A DNA stretch of 64,000 nucleotides from Gnetum montanum (GCA_015680685.1 MNCI01002118.1:533042-597041); one strand, 5' to 3'. Counted from the first letter of the stretch, positions 22,360 to 34,545 are shown. Notes: generated by a model from the sequence alone, not told the origin. Made by a program: numbers and translations.

Positions 22360-25300
22360 TATCTGAATTGTTGTTTATTGGAGGGAGAGGAACCCCCTTG
22401 AGATGAATAGGAAAAGAACCACAGGAACAAACAAACAATCCCATTATGGTCTCAGGACCCCACAACCACATAGCCATGGTCCCTTATAAACCCACAATAC
22501 CTTAAACAAAATCCATTTACATATTGACCAAAACTGATCATCATAAGCAGAAGGGAAGGGTTCTATAGTCACAACATGGCACCTTTTGTTGGTGTACCTA
22601 ATCCACAATTGTACCTTTTGTCACTTGTTAGAAAGTCTTATATTTCTCCTCACATTGGTCCCTTACCTGTTTGTCTAGACGTCTGGCTTCATCTAGTTGC
22701 ATGATAAAAGACTTCTTCCAGATGTAGATGTGGAGATCCTCCCATGTTGTATCTCCATTGATATCCATAACCTTGTATAGCAAAATCCTACCCAAAACCA
22801 GTGCCTGCCGTTTGATTCATGACTTTTACTATACCATGCCCACATCTCCCTTGTACCCTACAATATTTCTCTGTTGGAGTGCTTTGTTTTCTTGCCAAGT
22901 CCACTCTTCCTCAACTTTATGCAACAAATCTTCTTTGACTTTGCTAGGGAGTTCTTCCTCCAGTTGGCTCCAAAAGACGGCCTACTCCATCAACTACTTA
23001 TGTTTGTTATCTAACTCTTACTCTCTTCTTCTCTACTCCACCTCATGATACTCATGATGAATTTCTGTGATGGCTACCTCCCAATCCCACTATACCTCAA
23101 GCTAGATTTCTACCCACACCCTATTAAGCTCCTTAGCAAATTTGGCCTCTAAGTCCTTCTAGATGAGCTCCTCTTTGTTCTAAAGTTGCTGGTAAATAGA
23201 ATCATCAAAATCCTCAGTAGTAGTCCCCTCAAACAAGGCATTGTTGATACCAATACGCCCATGCTTGCTTGGCATGGGGCCTTTGTTTATTTTTTTAAAA
23301 AAAAGAGAATAAAAAAAATAAAAAAAATAAAAAGATGGGTTACCCTAACCCTAAAATTGGCTATAAGAAGCCATCAGGGTGATGAAGTTGAAGGGGGGGC
23401 AGAGGAGAAGTCAGGCCAGGAAGCCCTAGGCCAATGAGGCCAGGGCCATGAAGCCTTGGACTAAACCCTCTCTCTTCCCAGATTTTCTTTTCGGCAGCGA
23501 TTTAGACGGTTGGGCGTCGGCAGATTTTCTTTTCTGAGCAATTTAGACAGTTGGGCGTCGGCAGCAATTTAGACGGTTGGGCGTTAGCAAATTTTCTTCT
23601 ATTTTCACAGCAATTTGGACGTTGGACGTCCGTTTCTCTCTCCTTGTTCTATCTCTATCTGTATTTTCTCTCTCTATCTCTCTATCACTTGGTCACATGG
23701 CTCTCTCCAGCTGAGACTATTCCCGGGTTTCCATACCCATACAGGAGGCGCCCCAGGCAATAGTCTCCTCAAACGAGTTTCTCCGGTGTTGGCATGACCA
23801 AAATTTATGCATCAACACCTTTTTGGCACTAGAAGGAGGGCCTGGCTTGACCATTTTTTTCCTCTTTTCCTTTTCGGTTGGGGGCTAAGTGTTGATACCA
23901 ACACGCCCATGCTTGCTTGGCATGGGGCCTTTGTTTATTTTTAAAAAAAAAAAAGAGAATAAAAAATAAAAAAAATAAAAAATAAAAAAAAGATGGGTTA
24001 CCCTAACCCTAAAATTGGCTATAAGAAGCCATCAAGGTGATGAAGTTGAAGGGGGGGGCAGAGGAGAAGTCAGGCCAGGAAGCCCTAGGCCAATGAGGCC
24101 AGGGCCATGAAGCCTTGGACTAAACCCTCTCTCTTCCCAGATTTTCTGTTCGGCAACGATTTAGACGGTTGGGCGTCGGCAGCAATTTAGACGGTTGGGC
24201 GTCAGCAGCAATTTAGACAGTTGGGCGTCAGCAAATTTTCTTCTATTTTCACAGCAATTTGGACGTTGGACGTCTGTTTCTCTCTCCTTGTTCTATCTCT
24301 ATATGTATTTTCTCTCTCTATCTCTCTATCACTTGGTCACATGGCTCTCTCCAGCTGAGACTATTCCCGGGTTTCCGTACCCATACGGGAGGCGCCCTAG
24401 GCAATAGTCTCCTCAAACGAGTTTTTCCGGTGTTGGCATGACCAAAATTTATGCATCAACAAGCATGAGGAGCAAAAGAAGTCCCCCTAGAAAGGGGCTG
24501 ACAGGCAGCAACAAAGAAAGTCCCAATGCAGCTAGAGGAAGCCCCAATAGGGCATCTTTGATAACATCATGAGAATCTCCCAAGCAACTCGGGTTCTAGA
24601 TGAACTTGTGCAATGCATGTGGCTTACCACAAAGCAAGGATGAGCCCAAAGAGTCATCCTAGTCTCTTCCCTCTAAACACAACCAAGAAAAATTTTGGCA
24701 AGTTAAACCTCCAGCCCAATTGCATGCTTCTACGAAAAGCAAAGTAAATGCCTTGAAGAGCATTCACGGAATGCACAAAGTAGCAATCAACAAGCTTAGT
24801 GATAGACTGCCATAGAGGCAAAAGATGAAATTTAGGAATTTGCCCAGTTGAAGTTCGTAGCACTTGCCCTTAAAAAAATAGCTCTACATCCTACAAGCCA
24901 CAACAACAACGGAGAATGAGCTCCCCTTCATTAGAAACAGCCAGATACCTGATGATGGCCTCTTTGGTGAGGGCAATCTAAACCCCTCTAAAAATTGTTT
25001 CATCCCCCCACCATCTTCAGAAAAACTACATCCTATAGCCCTAGGTCTCCTATTAGCATCAAAAGAAGATCCCCCTACCCCAATGCAAGAATGAGTCTCT
25101 AGAGTTCTTCATTCTATTAGTCTTGAATGCAATCTAGTTTGTAGGTTGGAGTAACCACCATGCCTACAATCACTTCCCTCCACAAACTTTACGTTGCACG
25201 ATATACAAAATGGGTAGAGGGGATTGGATCATTTCAAAAGATGAAAACATTTTTGGCCTTCCAAATAGACCAAACCAAGGTAGCAGCAAGCAAGTCCCCA

Positions 25301-26612
25301 GTGAGTGGATGGACTAGTTCAAGGCCACTAACTTGTCAAACATGGGTGCTGAATGAGCATAAATAGAGTAGGTGTTCTTGAGTTTATGACATCAAAACTA
25401 CAAATGAGGCAACAATCATTGATTGTGAGGTCATGGTGTTGGAGTAAGGCTCTTGTAGAGATCACACAATGCTTGACAAGCCAAAGAATAACCATAAGCT
25501 TCTTAGGGATTCTACCTTTCCATATGATGTGGCAAGCCATGCATGGGGGAGTACTTTGCCTTGAGAATTTCCTTAGATGAAGCTTGGACATGAGGGGAGA
25601 GTTGTGCCATAAGCCGGCATTGTGTGCACAGCGTACACCATACAACAAAGTCTACTAGACAAAATGTCCAAGATTGGTACTTTCATTTGATGATTTGAAT
25701 CTACAGTGCATTGTCATCATAATTAATTCTTTTGATTAGTGAATGATGGCCAAGCTGAATAGTATCTTCAAAGGTTTGAATACTTAATCCCTACACGTTC
25801 TTGGGCATTGTGACCTTTTTCAAACCTACAAGATGCAACTTCAAAGACCCTTTACTCCTAGACCAAACAAAATTCCAGATAATTTGGTTGACCTTGTTGA
25901 TAACTTGCTGTGGTGGCTAGCTTACTAAGAAAATGTATCTGCACATAGTAGAAAGAACTGAAGAGGAAAGAAGAACCTTCCCTTTGATTGTTGAAAACCA
26001 GTTCATCCAGTGTTCTATGCAACCTTGTATTTTAGTTCTAAAGTTAACTCATGTTGCATTCCTTCTCCATGAATAAATTGGGATCCCCAAATAAGAGCCA
26101 TCAGGGGTACCATGTCCTATCTCCAAAGCCTTGCAAATCTTCCCTTCATGACTCCATCCACATGAACAAAATGAACCATTGATTTTTCCCAATTGACATG
26201 TAATCCCAGCTCCTTGCCCATAGGATGGATGCAGAGCCCTCTTAATTGCCTCAGTTTGTGGAACTGTAGCTTTTATTGTGATAGTCATATCATCGATGTA
26301 GTAATTGGCAATGCAAGTGATTCCATGGACTTAAAGCCCCCTAACACCTTTAGACGTACAATAAGCATTCATACAGTCCATGCCATCCCCTTGCCAAAGG
26401 CCATGCCGAGGAGAGGACACCCCCCCTAAGCTAACCATTGATATCAAAAGAATAGGCCCTTGATCATTGCATATGGAACAAAGGTTCACAAATTTATAAA
26501 GAAAACCCTTTATAAGCATGATTTCTTGTAGAGCAGACCAACTAATTGTATCATGATCCTTGGTATTTGAATTGTTGTTCCAATTGCTTGTTTCTCTAAT
26601 TTCAAACTGCAC
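22360..26612 (-). mobile_element. 5'-truncated decayed LINE of the J-domain family (RT, zf-RVT, extension, degenerate J-domain), split by a TRIM
   Basis: RHGLWQGD; KICKALEI..SYLGIPIY; IWKGRIPKKLMVILWL..CLIC; VWSIWKAKNVFIF; IFRGV*IALTKEAIIRYL; LQGIYFAFRRSMQLGWRFNL; KDLEAKFAKEL; LYKVMDINGDTTWEDLHIYIWKKSFIMQLD (QLD at the HPD position, 22691-22699); stop 22541-22543. Confidence 0.85.
23242..24461 (+). mobile_element. Complete miniature non-autonomous LTR element (TRIM-like) with Tat-type signals
   Basis: LTRs 23242-23817 and 23890-24461 (TGTTGAT...ATCAACA); 72-bp internal part with PBS-like tggcactagaaggaggg and PPT gggggct; 5-bp TSD ggcat/agcat. Confidence 0.92.
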
Positions 26613-27399
26613 ATAAAGAAAAACAGTCCCCTATGATTTGGATCTCCAATCCATATTCTTTAAAGTCTCATTTCCATGCTTTCATGATGTTGATGATTTG
26701 TCAATTTACTTCTCATTTCACTTCTCATTTCACTTTGGTTCATGTAAGAAAACCCAGCAAAAGAGTCTTGCACACAACTATTATTAAGAAACTTAAATCT
26801 GGAAAAACCAGTATAATTTTTGGGGAAAACTTTGTATGGTATGCAGAAAAAATATTTTGAACAATGTTGTAAAAAAAAAGGTTTGTACACAAGGTGGCAA
26901 AAAATCCCATTCAAAGTTAATTTTTTAAAAAAATTAATAATATAAGTGAATTTTCCTCCTACAAAATATCTATCTTATTGCACACCAATGCAACATATTG
27001 TAACAAAAGTTTATAAGCCTTATAATAATATGCATGGTAATGCAAGTCACTCTTTTGCAAAAAGTAACCAAGAAAAATAACTCCAGAAAGCATTGCAATT
27101 TTTTTTTTAATTCAAGTGGTGTGTTTGCATCTTTTACCGTCTTGAAAAGGCAATTGTAGTCGGGAAAATTTATGAGCATAAACAATATGTATGGCTTCAA
27201 CTCACACAAAATGAAGGTAATATCTTCATTGCATTTTGTTATTTTGCACTGAGACAAGCCATTGTGTCTGAGAGAGAAGGTGTAGACATAAAGTATCTGT
27301 TTCAGTATTTGGAACATGACATTGCTGAATTTTCTGTGCAAGGAAAAATTTTTGTTTGTGATTATTTTCATAGTAGAACGGGATGCACTCAACTTGTGA

Positions 27400-28620
27400 T
27401 CTTACATGTCAATGAACAAAGCAAGCTAGACAAGTAGGATTGCTGCCATCAAACTTCACAGGACTACACCATTGATTGAATGGATTTGCATTTTTAGAAA
27501 AGCTTGGATTTATTAGTCATGATGGTAGTAGCAAATTTCCAGGCTCAAGGCATCTACTTTTATAGGGACCTAAGGACGTTCCAGCATTGATTTTCTCATT
27601 TTGAACCCTTTGTGTGGGCCCAAATTTAATAGGGTTTTCACACTAACATAATGAGTCCCAATCAGGCTAAGTGACGACAATATTAAACAAGAAAGAAGAA
27701 AGTTCATTGATTGGTGACTGACAATCTTGAACCATAGTTGAAAGTTCAGTCACAGGAAGACCAAGTGTATCCATGGCTTTATATTTAGAAAGAAATGGGC
27801 TTTGCTTGGAAGCAATGTTCTCTAATAGATTCAGAGGTCTCAATGGACATAATTAAATACATTCAGTTATGGTTTCAATATAAAGAGGTAGCAGTTAAAA
27901 CAATGGATTGACAGTCCTATAAAAGAAAACTCTACCACATGTCCAGGAAGGAATCTGAAAGATTAAAATAGTTGTTGCAGCATCAAAATTAGTTAGTAAG
28001 TAGCTCTCTACTTGAGGAGGTTCATTCTTGTTATCAACAGTTATCTGCCAGACCACTGTGAAACCTGCACTGCAATTGTTTTCTCCTAGTGTAGAAATAA
28101 ATTTTGAAGAAACTTGCAATAGGATCAAAAGGTTGTCCTAAAACAGGGCAGATCATCACAAGGTTTTATATGCAGAGCTTACAAATGAGGTGGACCTTTT
28201 ATGTGAAATAAAGAAACTTTGGCAAAAGTTAAATGAGGCTCTATAGAATAGTTTGGACAGCAGAAGGTTTGGAGAAATTTAAATCAGGCTCTACAGAACA
28301 GTTTGAACAGCAGTGGAAGGTTAGTCAAACAATGCTATTTTTTGAAAAAGGAAACAAAAATGGCATTAATAATGACAGGCTTCGTATGATCAAAAATATT
28401 TTTATCAGGTTTGGCATGGGATCAAACAAACACAATGTGAGAGCAACACCTCAAACAAGGTTTAGACATCATAACTGTAGCATAAATCATCTCGCTGCAT
28501 GAACTATACTTGGAAGTGAAAAAAAAAACAATAAGACTTTTCCTTGCTCCATTGACTTCTGCAAAGCTTATGCTTCATGGCCCCACATATGGAAAGCTCA
28601 TCACGGTTCATCTGCCAAAT
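27400..28620 (+). mobile_element. Decayed non-LTR RT fragments
   Basis: AAIKL...IEW near 27440-27490; QTRFRHHNCSINHL...IDFCKAY near 28450-28575 (RT QxGFR and FIDFxKAYD motifs). Confidence 0.5.
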
Positions 28621-29313
28621 GAGCTGGTATGGACTGTTCACAGTACCATTAGGAAGAGCTCACACAACTCCCAGGGCTGAATGAACTCGTTAGTCCATTG
28701 ACAGGAGAGCTTTCGCGACTATGATGGTTTTCGCCTTGGTTTGATCGGATTTTTCCATATCTGTGGTGTCCAACAAGATAGAAAACGTGCTAACGTGCTA
28801 CATCAGCACCAATCATGCTCATGTGAACTCTTCATATGCAATGTCATGTGACCATTGTGTTGACGTTCATCCATACAAGACTCAGCTAACGGGAGTTGTG
28901 CCTGTGCGGGGGCATCAGTGGTTGAGCTAAGTTGTGCAAGCAACTGCACATCATTAATGGACCTCCAAAATTAATAATTGCTATCCAAAGGCTAGACAAG
29001 CAACTTAGCATTATTCCTAGAGATTAGGATCCATATATTAAAATATTATTGCATGGGGTTATTCGCGTTAAGTAAGAATGTCCCCTTACTTGAACCCTCT
29101 TTGGAAGCAGGCCTCCCTGAACATATTCTAAGAGATTGTTGGATATCGAATAAACCGGTGTTTCATTCTTAACTATTGACTATACTATGCAACCGCAACA
29201 ACGAGTTTTGGTTACAACAAGCGATCCTACTCCGTGTTGAAACAACGGTAGAGAATTCAAAAAACAAATTCAAGGGGCGGAGAAGGAAATTAAAGGGAAA
29301 ACGAGGCTCTCAC

Positions 29314-29444
29314 CTTCTAAGTGTGCCATCGGAACCTCCAGCAACTCCAGACGAGTCGTCAAGAAAGCAGCAATCTAACGGCTGACATTCGTGGCCGAAC
29401 CTTAGAAGCCGCTTATTGGCATCCACGTCATATAGGCTGACACT
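29314..29444 (-). CDS. BUB3: BUB3.3-like exon 2
   Basis: Acceptor ttttgcag; SVSLYDVDANKRLLRFGHECQPLDCCFLDDSSGVAGGSDGTLR contains the LYDV and LDCCF motifs; donor gtgaga, phase 2. Confidence 0.92.
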
Positions 29445-29556
29445 CTGCAAAATTGCAAAAATCATTCCGCCGGTAGCAAGGCATACAAAATTTCGTGGAG
29501 CAAAACTCGCGAAAATTCAAAAGGGATGATTAAAGATTTTGTGGAATTGAACCTAC

Positions 29557-29688
29557 ACAATCCCAGGACGAAACCAGCAGCTTGTTAGAATGGCGCGAGA
29601 AGCGAGCTCCAGAAATGGCATCCTCCGGCGGCGAACTCAGCTCTGTGCCTGTGCCCGGACAAGCGTTTTCTGCGGCACGCTTTGACAT
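29557..29688 (-). CDS. BUB3: BUB3 (BUB3.3-like) mitotic checkpoint WD40 protein, exon 1
   Basis: ATG at 29688-29686; [44 protein letters not shown] matches the BUB3 N-terminus (ELSNPPSDGIS.LRFS..S..LLVSSWD); donor gtaggt at 29556, phase 0. Confidence 0.9.
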
Positions 29689-30000
29689 TCGCGTTAATGA
29701 CACAGCAAATCCCTGTGCTGTTTTCCGACAACAGACTGCAACCCCGTTTAAAGAATTTGGAAGTTCCAACTACAAAGTTTTCTCCGCGGGCTTTCCTACT
29801 TCAAATTCGATCCTGGTTTTTTCGCTCGGGCGGGCCGGGGTTTCAAATTTTTCATCACTGCCTGGATTCACCGTAGGTACCTGGCTAAAAATGGCAACTT
29901 GCTCTAATCGCGAGAGGATTAAACGGCTCCTCTGTCTCTTATAAATGCTTTCGCTGTTTTAGTAACGTTTATGGTTCCACCATTACCTGTGCTGGCAGCA
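29689..30000 (-). promoter_or_regulatory. BUB3 5' UTR/promoter, CpG-retaining island with TATA-like and AACGG (MSA-like) motifs
   Basis: CpG-rich relative to the CpG-depleted flanks; TATA-like tttataag at about 29938-29945; AACGG cores at 29922-29926 (+) and 29744-29748 (-). Confidence 0.55.
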
Positions 30001-30183
30001 CTGCTCCGGTGGAACAGTAATAATCATTTAAATTTATATTTGGAAACAGTAATAATCAATTAAATTTATATTTGCAAATCTTGATGCAAGGAAAAGGTGA
30101 TAAACTTGTAGATAATTGAAAAGAAGATTTTTCATAAGGTTTTTTAGGATTTGTTGTAATGATGAAAAGCAAAAAAGACATNC

Positions 30184-30557
30184 TGAAAAATCTTCTTTTC
30201 AATTATCTACAAGTTTATCACCTTTTCCTTGCATCAAGATTGCAAATATAAATTTAATTGATTATTACTGTTTCCAAATATAAATTTAAATGATTATTAC
30301 TGTTCCACCGGACCAGTGCTGCCAGCACAGGTGATGGTGGAACCATAAACGTTACTAAAACAGCGAAAGCATTTATAAGAGACAGAGGAGCCGTTTAATC
30401 AGAGCAAGTTGCCATTTTTAGCCAGGTACCTACGGTGAATCCAGGCAGTGATGAAAAATTTGAAACCCCGGCCCGCCCGGGCGAAAAAACCAGGATCGAA
30501 TTTGAAGTAGGAAAGCCCGCGGAGAAAACTTTGTAGTTGGAACTTCCAAATTCTTTA
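30184..30557 (-). repeat. Inverted near-identical copy of the BUB3 promoter region 29749-30134, bounded by single Ns
   Basis: Reverse-complement match with a few SNPs and one roughly 12-bp indel; N at 30182 and 30558. Confidence 0.9.
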
Positions 30558-30559
30558 NA

Positions 30560-31400
30560 AAAGCCCTAACAATTTTGGAATGCCTTATCAAGTTTTTATC
30601 CTTAGAATCAATTAGGAAAAACCTTCTCTCTAGGGTAAGAAACCAAATGTTCCATGAAAAGATTAAAACTTAATGGAATCAAAAAATATTATCTCCATGT
30701 ATTGACCAATAGTTACAAACAAATTATTAGTAGTTAAAATATCTTCAACATATACATTTTAAAGATTTTCTATGTAATCGCCTTTTCAATGTTTTATTAT
30801 AGAGAACCATTTGAAAATCATCTAAATCAATACCTTAGGAACAAATATTTGCTTTCGCTTACTTATTAAAGAATTCTTTGAAATTGATTTGAGTGGAACC
30901 TGCTTCAATGATACATTTTGTTGAATAGCAATTAAAAAAAGGGTGGGCTAACTATTAAAACATCATCAAAAAAATCATTACTTGGTCTAATTTGAGAGAT
31001 AGTATCCCTTTCAACTTTTTCAAAAATTAATGGAAGATTTGGCAATTCAACAAAACAAAGAACCCTTCGAAATTCAAAAAATGCTAAATTAAAAAAGGAG
31101 GACACTTTTAAAGCATGACAATGATTGAAAATACTAATATCAAGGGTCTTAGAAACCATCACAGAATCAACAAATTTTATTAACAAAAATGAGTTTAATA
31201 GATGATATGCATAAACAACATCTAATCCTCAATCTCTGCAAACCAAATTTAAATGACTCAAAAAAACTTGAGTAATGAGGTAAATAAACTAGAATTTGCA
31301 CAACATACCTTTCAAAAATTTCTTGAGTAATAAATTCATATAAATCACTCATAGAATGGTAAAGAAGTGGTAAATTCGCTTGAAGGATCATCTCCTGGAT
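30560..31400 (-). mobile_element. Decayed L1 ORF1 remnant related to the L1 at 50721
   Basis: CFVELPNLPLIFEKVERDTISQI compared with CYVELPNLPLIFSTFERDIVSTL in ORF1 at 51163-52269. Confidence 0.7.
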
Positions 31401-32595
31401 CTAATGGCATTGCATGTAATTCCAAATAGATTCACTAAAGAAATTTCAAATCCACTAAAAAAATTGGATTTGACGAAGAAACATCAAATCCATAGAAAAA
31501 ACATAAGATCAACAGAAAAACATCAAATTTGCTGAAAAAACTTGAAAATAAGATAATGTAACTATAAAATTCTCACAAACAAGGGTCATGCATGGTGGTG
31601 TTTTAAAAAAATTATAGAAATTGAAAATCTATTATTTTTCCTTAAATATTCACTGTTGGCTAGTTAGTTACCTCACATTGCCTTGCATTCAAAGGTAACT
31701 TTAAAACCTAGTACATTGTTCTAAGCATATCTCATGAACCTTAAAATTTATTTTCCTTAGACACTCTTTTGTGTTGTTTATCTAAGATACTCTGAATTTT
31801 TTTAAATTATTACTTTCTCTTCTTTTTTTTGGGTCAACACCCCCACTTACCCCATCCTCGGTCCCAAAGTTGATTAAACAAGGTTTAATCTCTTATGCCT
31901 AGATTCATTGTTTAGGAAACTTTTCTTACTCATATTCATTATTTAGGGAACTTTTCTTGGTCTAAATTTAATTTTCATAAAACAAAATGCAAGTTCAATT
32001 AAAATGATTTACTAGTAATATCATCAACAAAAAAAATTGAGGTTGCAAGTTCATTTTTACTTACATCAAATGAATGTTATCAAATAAGATGAATCTATGC
32101 TTTTGCATTATTCCAAATATAAGATATTTCCTTATACTCACTTCAACCCAGTCTTATAATTTTTTAAATGTATGTTTCTCCACCACAATAGATGAATCTA
32201 TGCTTCTATAATCTATAGATTAGATTCTTTTTTATAAAAATTTTTAAATAATTTTCCTTTCTAAGCCTTTACTCCAAATGTTCTTTTCAAAGATCCATAT
32301 TAATTATGTGGTTCTTATATCTCCTTGCTTCAAAGTTCTCTTTACATTACTTGTACTTGGTAATTGCACTTCTATTTATGCTCTTAGTTTCTTAGAAAAG
32401 AAGAAAGAAAAAGAGCTTCTTTTTATCTTACTTGTAAAGGAGAGTGAAGTTTCTTATTATCCATAAAATGGAAATGGAAATGCTTTATAGGTATTTAATA
32501 GAGCTTAGCATTGGAAATAATATGAATTTGTTCATCGTTATCATCACAATATGAAGTTTACGTCATTACTTAAAAGTCATGTATCACATGGTCAA

Positions 32596-33170
32596 TGATG
32601 AGCGGCAAGGTACCCCTACACTCAACCATATGAATACAAGCNATCCTAACACTAGTATCTATTCTCACTTGCCGTACACATCCTGAACTAGTGCAACACT
32701 ACTGGGATTACCAAACACTAATTGTTATTAGGTTACCAAGTGTTACACGCATGCTCGAAGTGATCGTAGTGTGTGTGCTAATAACAAAAATGTAAAGTGC
32801 ATAAAATAAAATAAAATAAATGCAGAAGAAAATAAAATAAAGAAAATGAGTAAGAAAATAAATATCAAGTGCTACAAGGATGAATCCAAGAGCTCGTCTT
32901 TATTGCCATACATAAGGTGTGCTCAGGTACACAGTGCTTGAATAAAGATCTGTCCACACTTAGACCTACTGCTGCGAGCACTTGGAAAATACTCTAACTT
33001 GACTCCTAAAAGACTTCCTTCTAGACTTCCTCTCTAAATTGTGGACCTGGGCATTGTATTTATAGGCTTGGGAGCAACTACTCTAATAATTAGAAAAACT
33101 GCCACTCTAATTTTAAAGAAACTACCACTCTAATAATTAGAATAAACCGCTAAAGTAACCACTCTCATCA
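32596..33170 (-). mobile_element. Solo LTR of the Athila family at 34546
   Basis: TGATGA...TCATCA ends; perfect TSD gtcaa (32591-32595 and 33171-33175); reverse complement of LTR 34546-35367 with an internal N collapse at 32642. Confidence 0.9.
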
Positions 33171-34545
33171 GTCAATTAGTTGGGCATTAGATTTGTATGT
33201 AGCTAGGGCACAAATCTATGCAAAAACCTTATTATTTCAAATTCCATAGGATAGAAGTTCAAGAGTCATATTAATTATATTTTATTAAATTAAGATAGAC
33301 AATAAGGGTAAAAGCCATAAAACCTATAGTATTCTCATTGTTCATGTCTTTTCCACGTGGGATAAGCCTTCTCTCATGGTCATTGATTGGCCCCAAGCCA
33401 ATTCTATAAATATGTACATGTATTTCTATTAATATGAATGAAATTTTTTTAAAACTCTTACTAAAATTTTGTCTCAATTATTAGCATCAATTTCATAGCA
33501 ACATTGAAGCACCGATTCTCTCCTATAGTAACAATTTTCTTTTGAAGCAAAATTCTTTCATGAAGTATCAATTTTGTTTTGAATTCATAGTTAATAATAA
33601 AGATCATTCTCTCCATTCTAACATTAATTTAGATAAAATGCAATCATATTTCAATTTTAATTTCATCAAATTTCAACTTTGCAATAAGTTGAAGCATCAA
33701 AATTGTCAATTTGATCTGAGTCATCAAAATCTTATTAAACTTATTATATTTAAAGCATTTAACATGAAGCAAAGACTTAGGCAAATCCAAAGAATCAAAT
33801 TTTATCAATATCTAATAGTACAAACTCTACATATTAGAGAAAATCTATGTATCATAACTCGTGGTCCAGGCATGATCATCATAGAGTTCATTTGTGATCT
33901 CACCATGAACTATGGTAACAAAATTGATAACACCATAACTCATGGTCAAGTCATGATTAACAAGAACATGACTTGTGATCTATTATTATGACCTATGGTG
34001 AAGTTATTGAAACCTAAAAATACACTATGACTCATAGTCAAGGTCATAGATTTCTTATTTTTTACTATTTCTCTATTACAAACTCCACCATATTCCTTAG
34101 TTAAGTTGTTATCCTCCACCACAACTGGTGGTCAAACCGTGCTCTAATTTTATCTAGTTTTGGAGTCTAGAATCATTTCCAAGCTTGATCGACCATCACA
34201 CCAACTCTGACAAATTGGTATCAAAGCTAATGATAAAGATAATAAACAGTAGTAAAGGGATCCTAAAGTGACTAATTGTCTTTCATGATAGCCAAGATCT
34301 TCTATTGGGAACTAGTATGATGAAAAGATTGTTAAAACTCAATGATGTTTAAGATGTACCTATGACTAGTTTTAATGTAATTCATAACTTTAAAGGCTTC
34401 AACTAAGTTGGATTGCTTAAATAGGAAAAAAATGAAGAAGAATATTATAGCAAAGATGAGGATCATATTTAATGTGTCTTAAACCATTTCTAGAAGACTT
34501 TGCTTCTTCAAGATGGTAAAAGATGTTTAGAATTGACTTCATCTA

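Noticed and set aside
23340-23356. Telomere-like ccctaaccctaaa (also near 24000)
   Set aside because: Only two units, within LTRs
23490-23620. CRISPR-like short repeats (also at 24150-24270)
   Set aside because: Contiguous tandem repeats without unique spacers, inside a plant LTR
29582-29944. Plus-strand 120-aa ORF over BUB3 exon 1
   Set aside because: Antisense shadow in GC-rich DNA, with a TTG start
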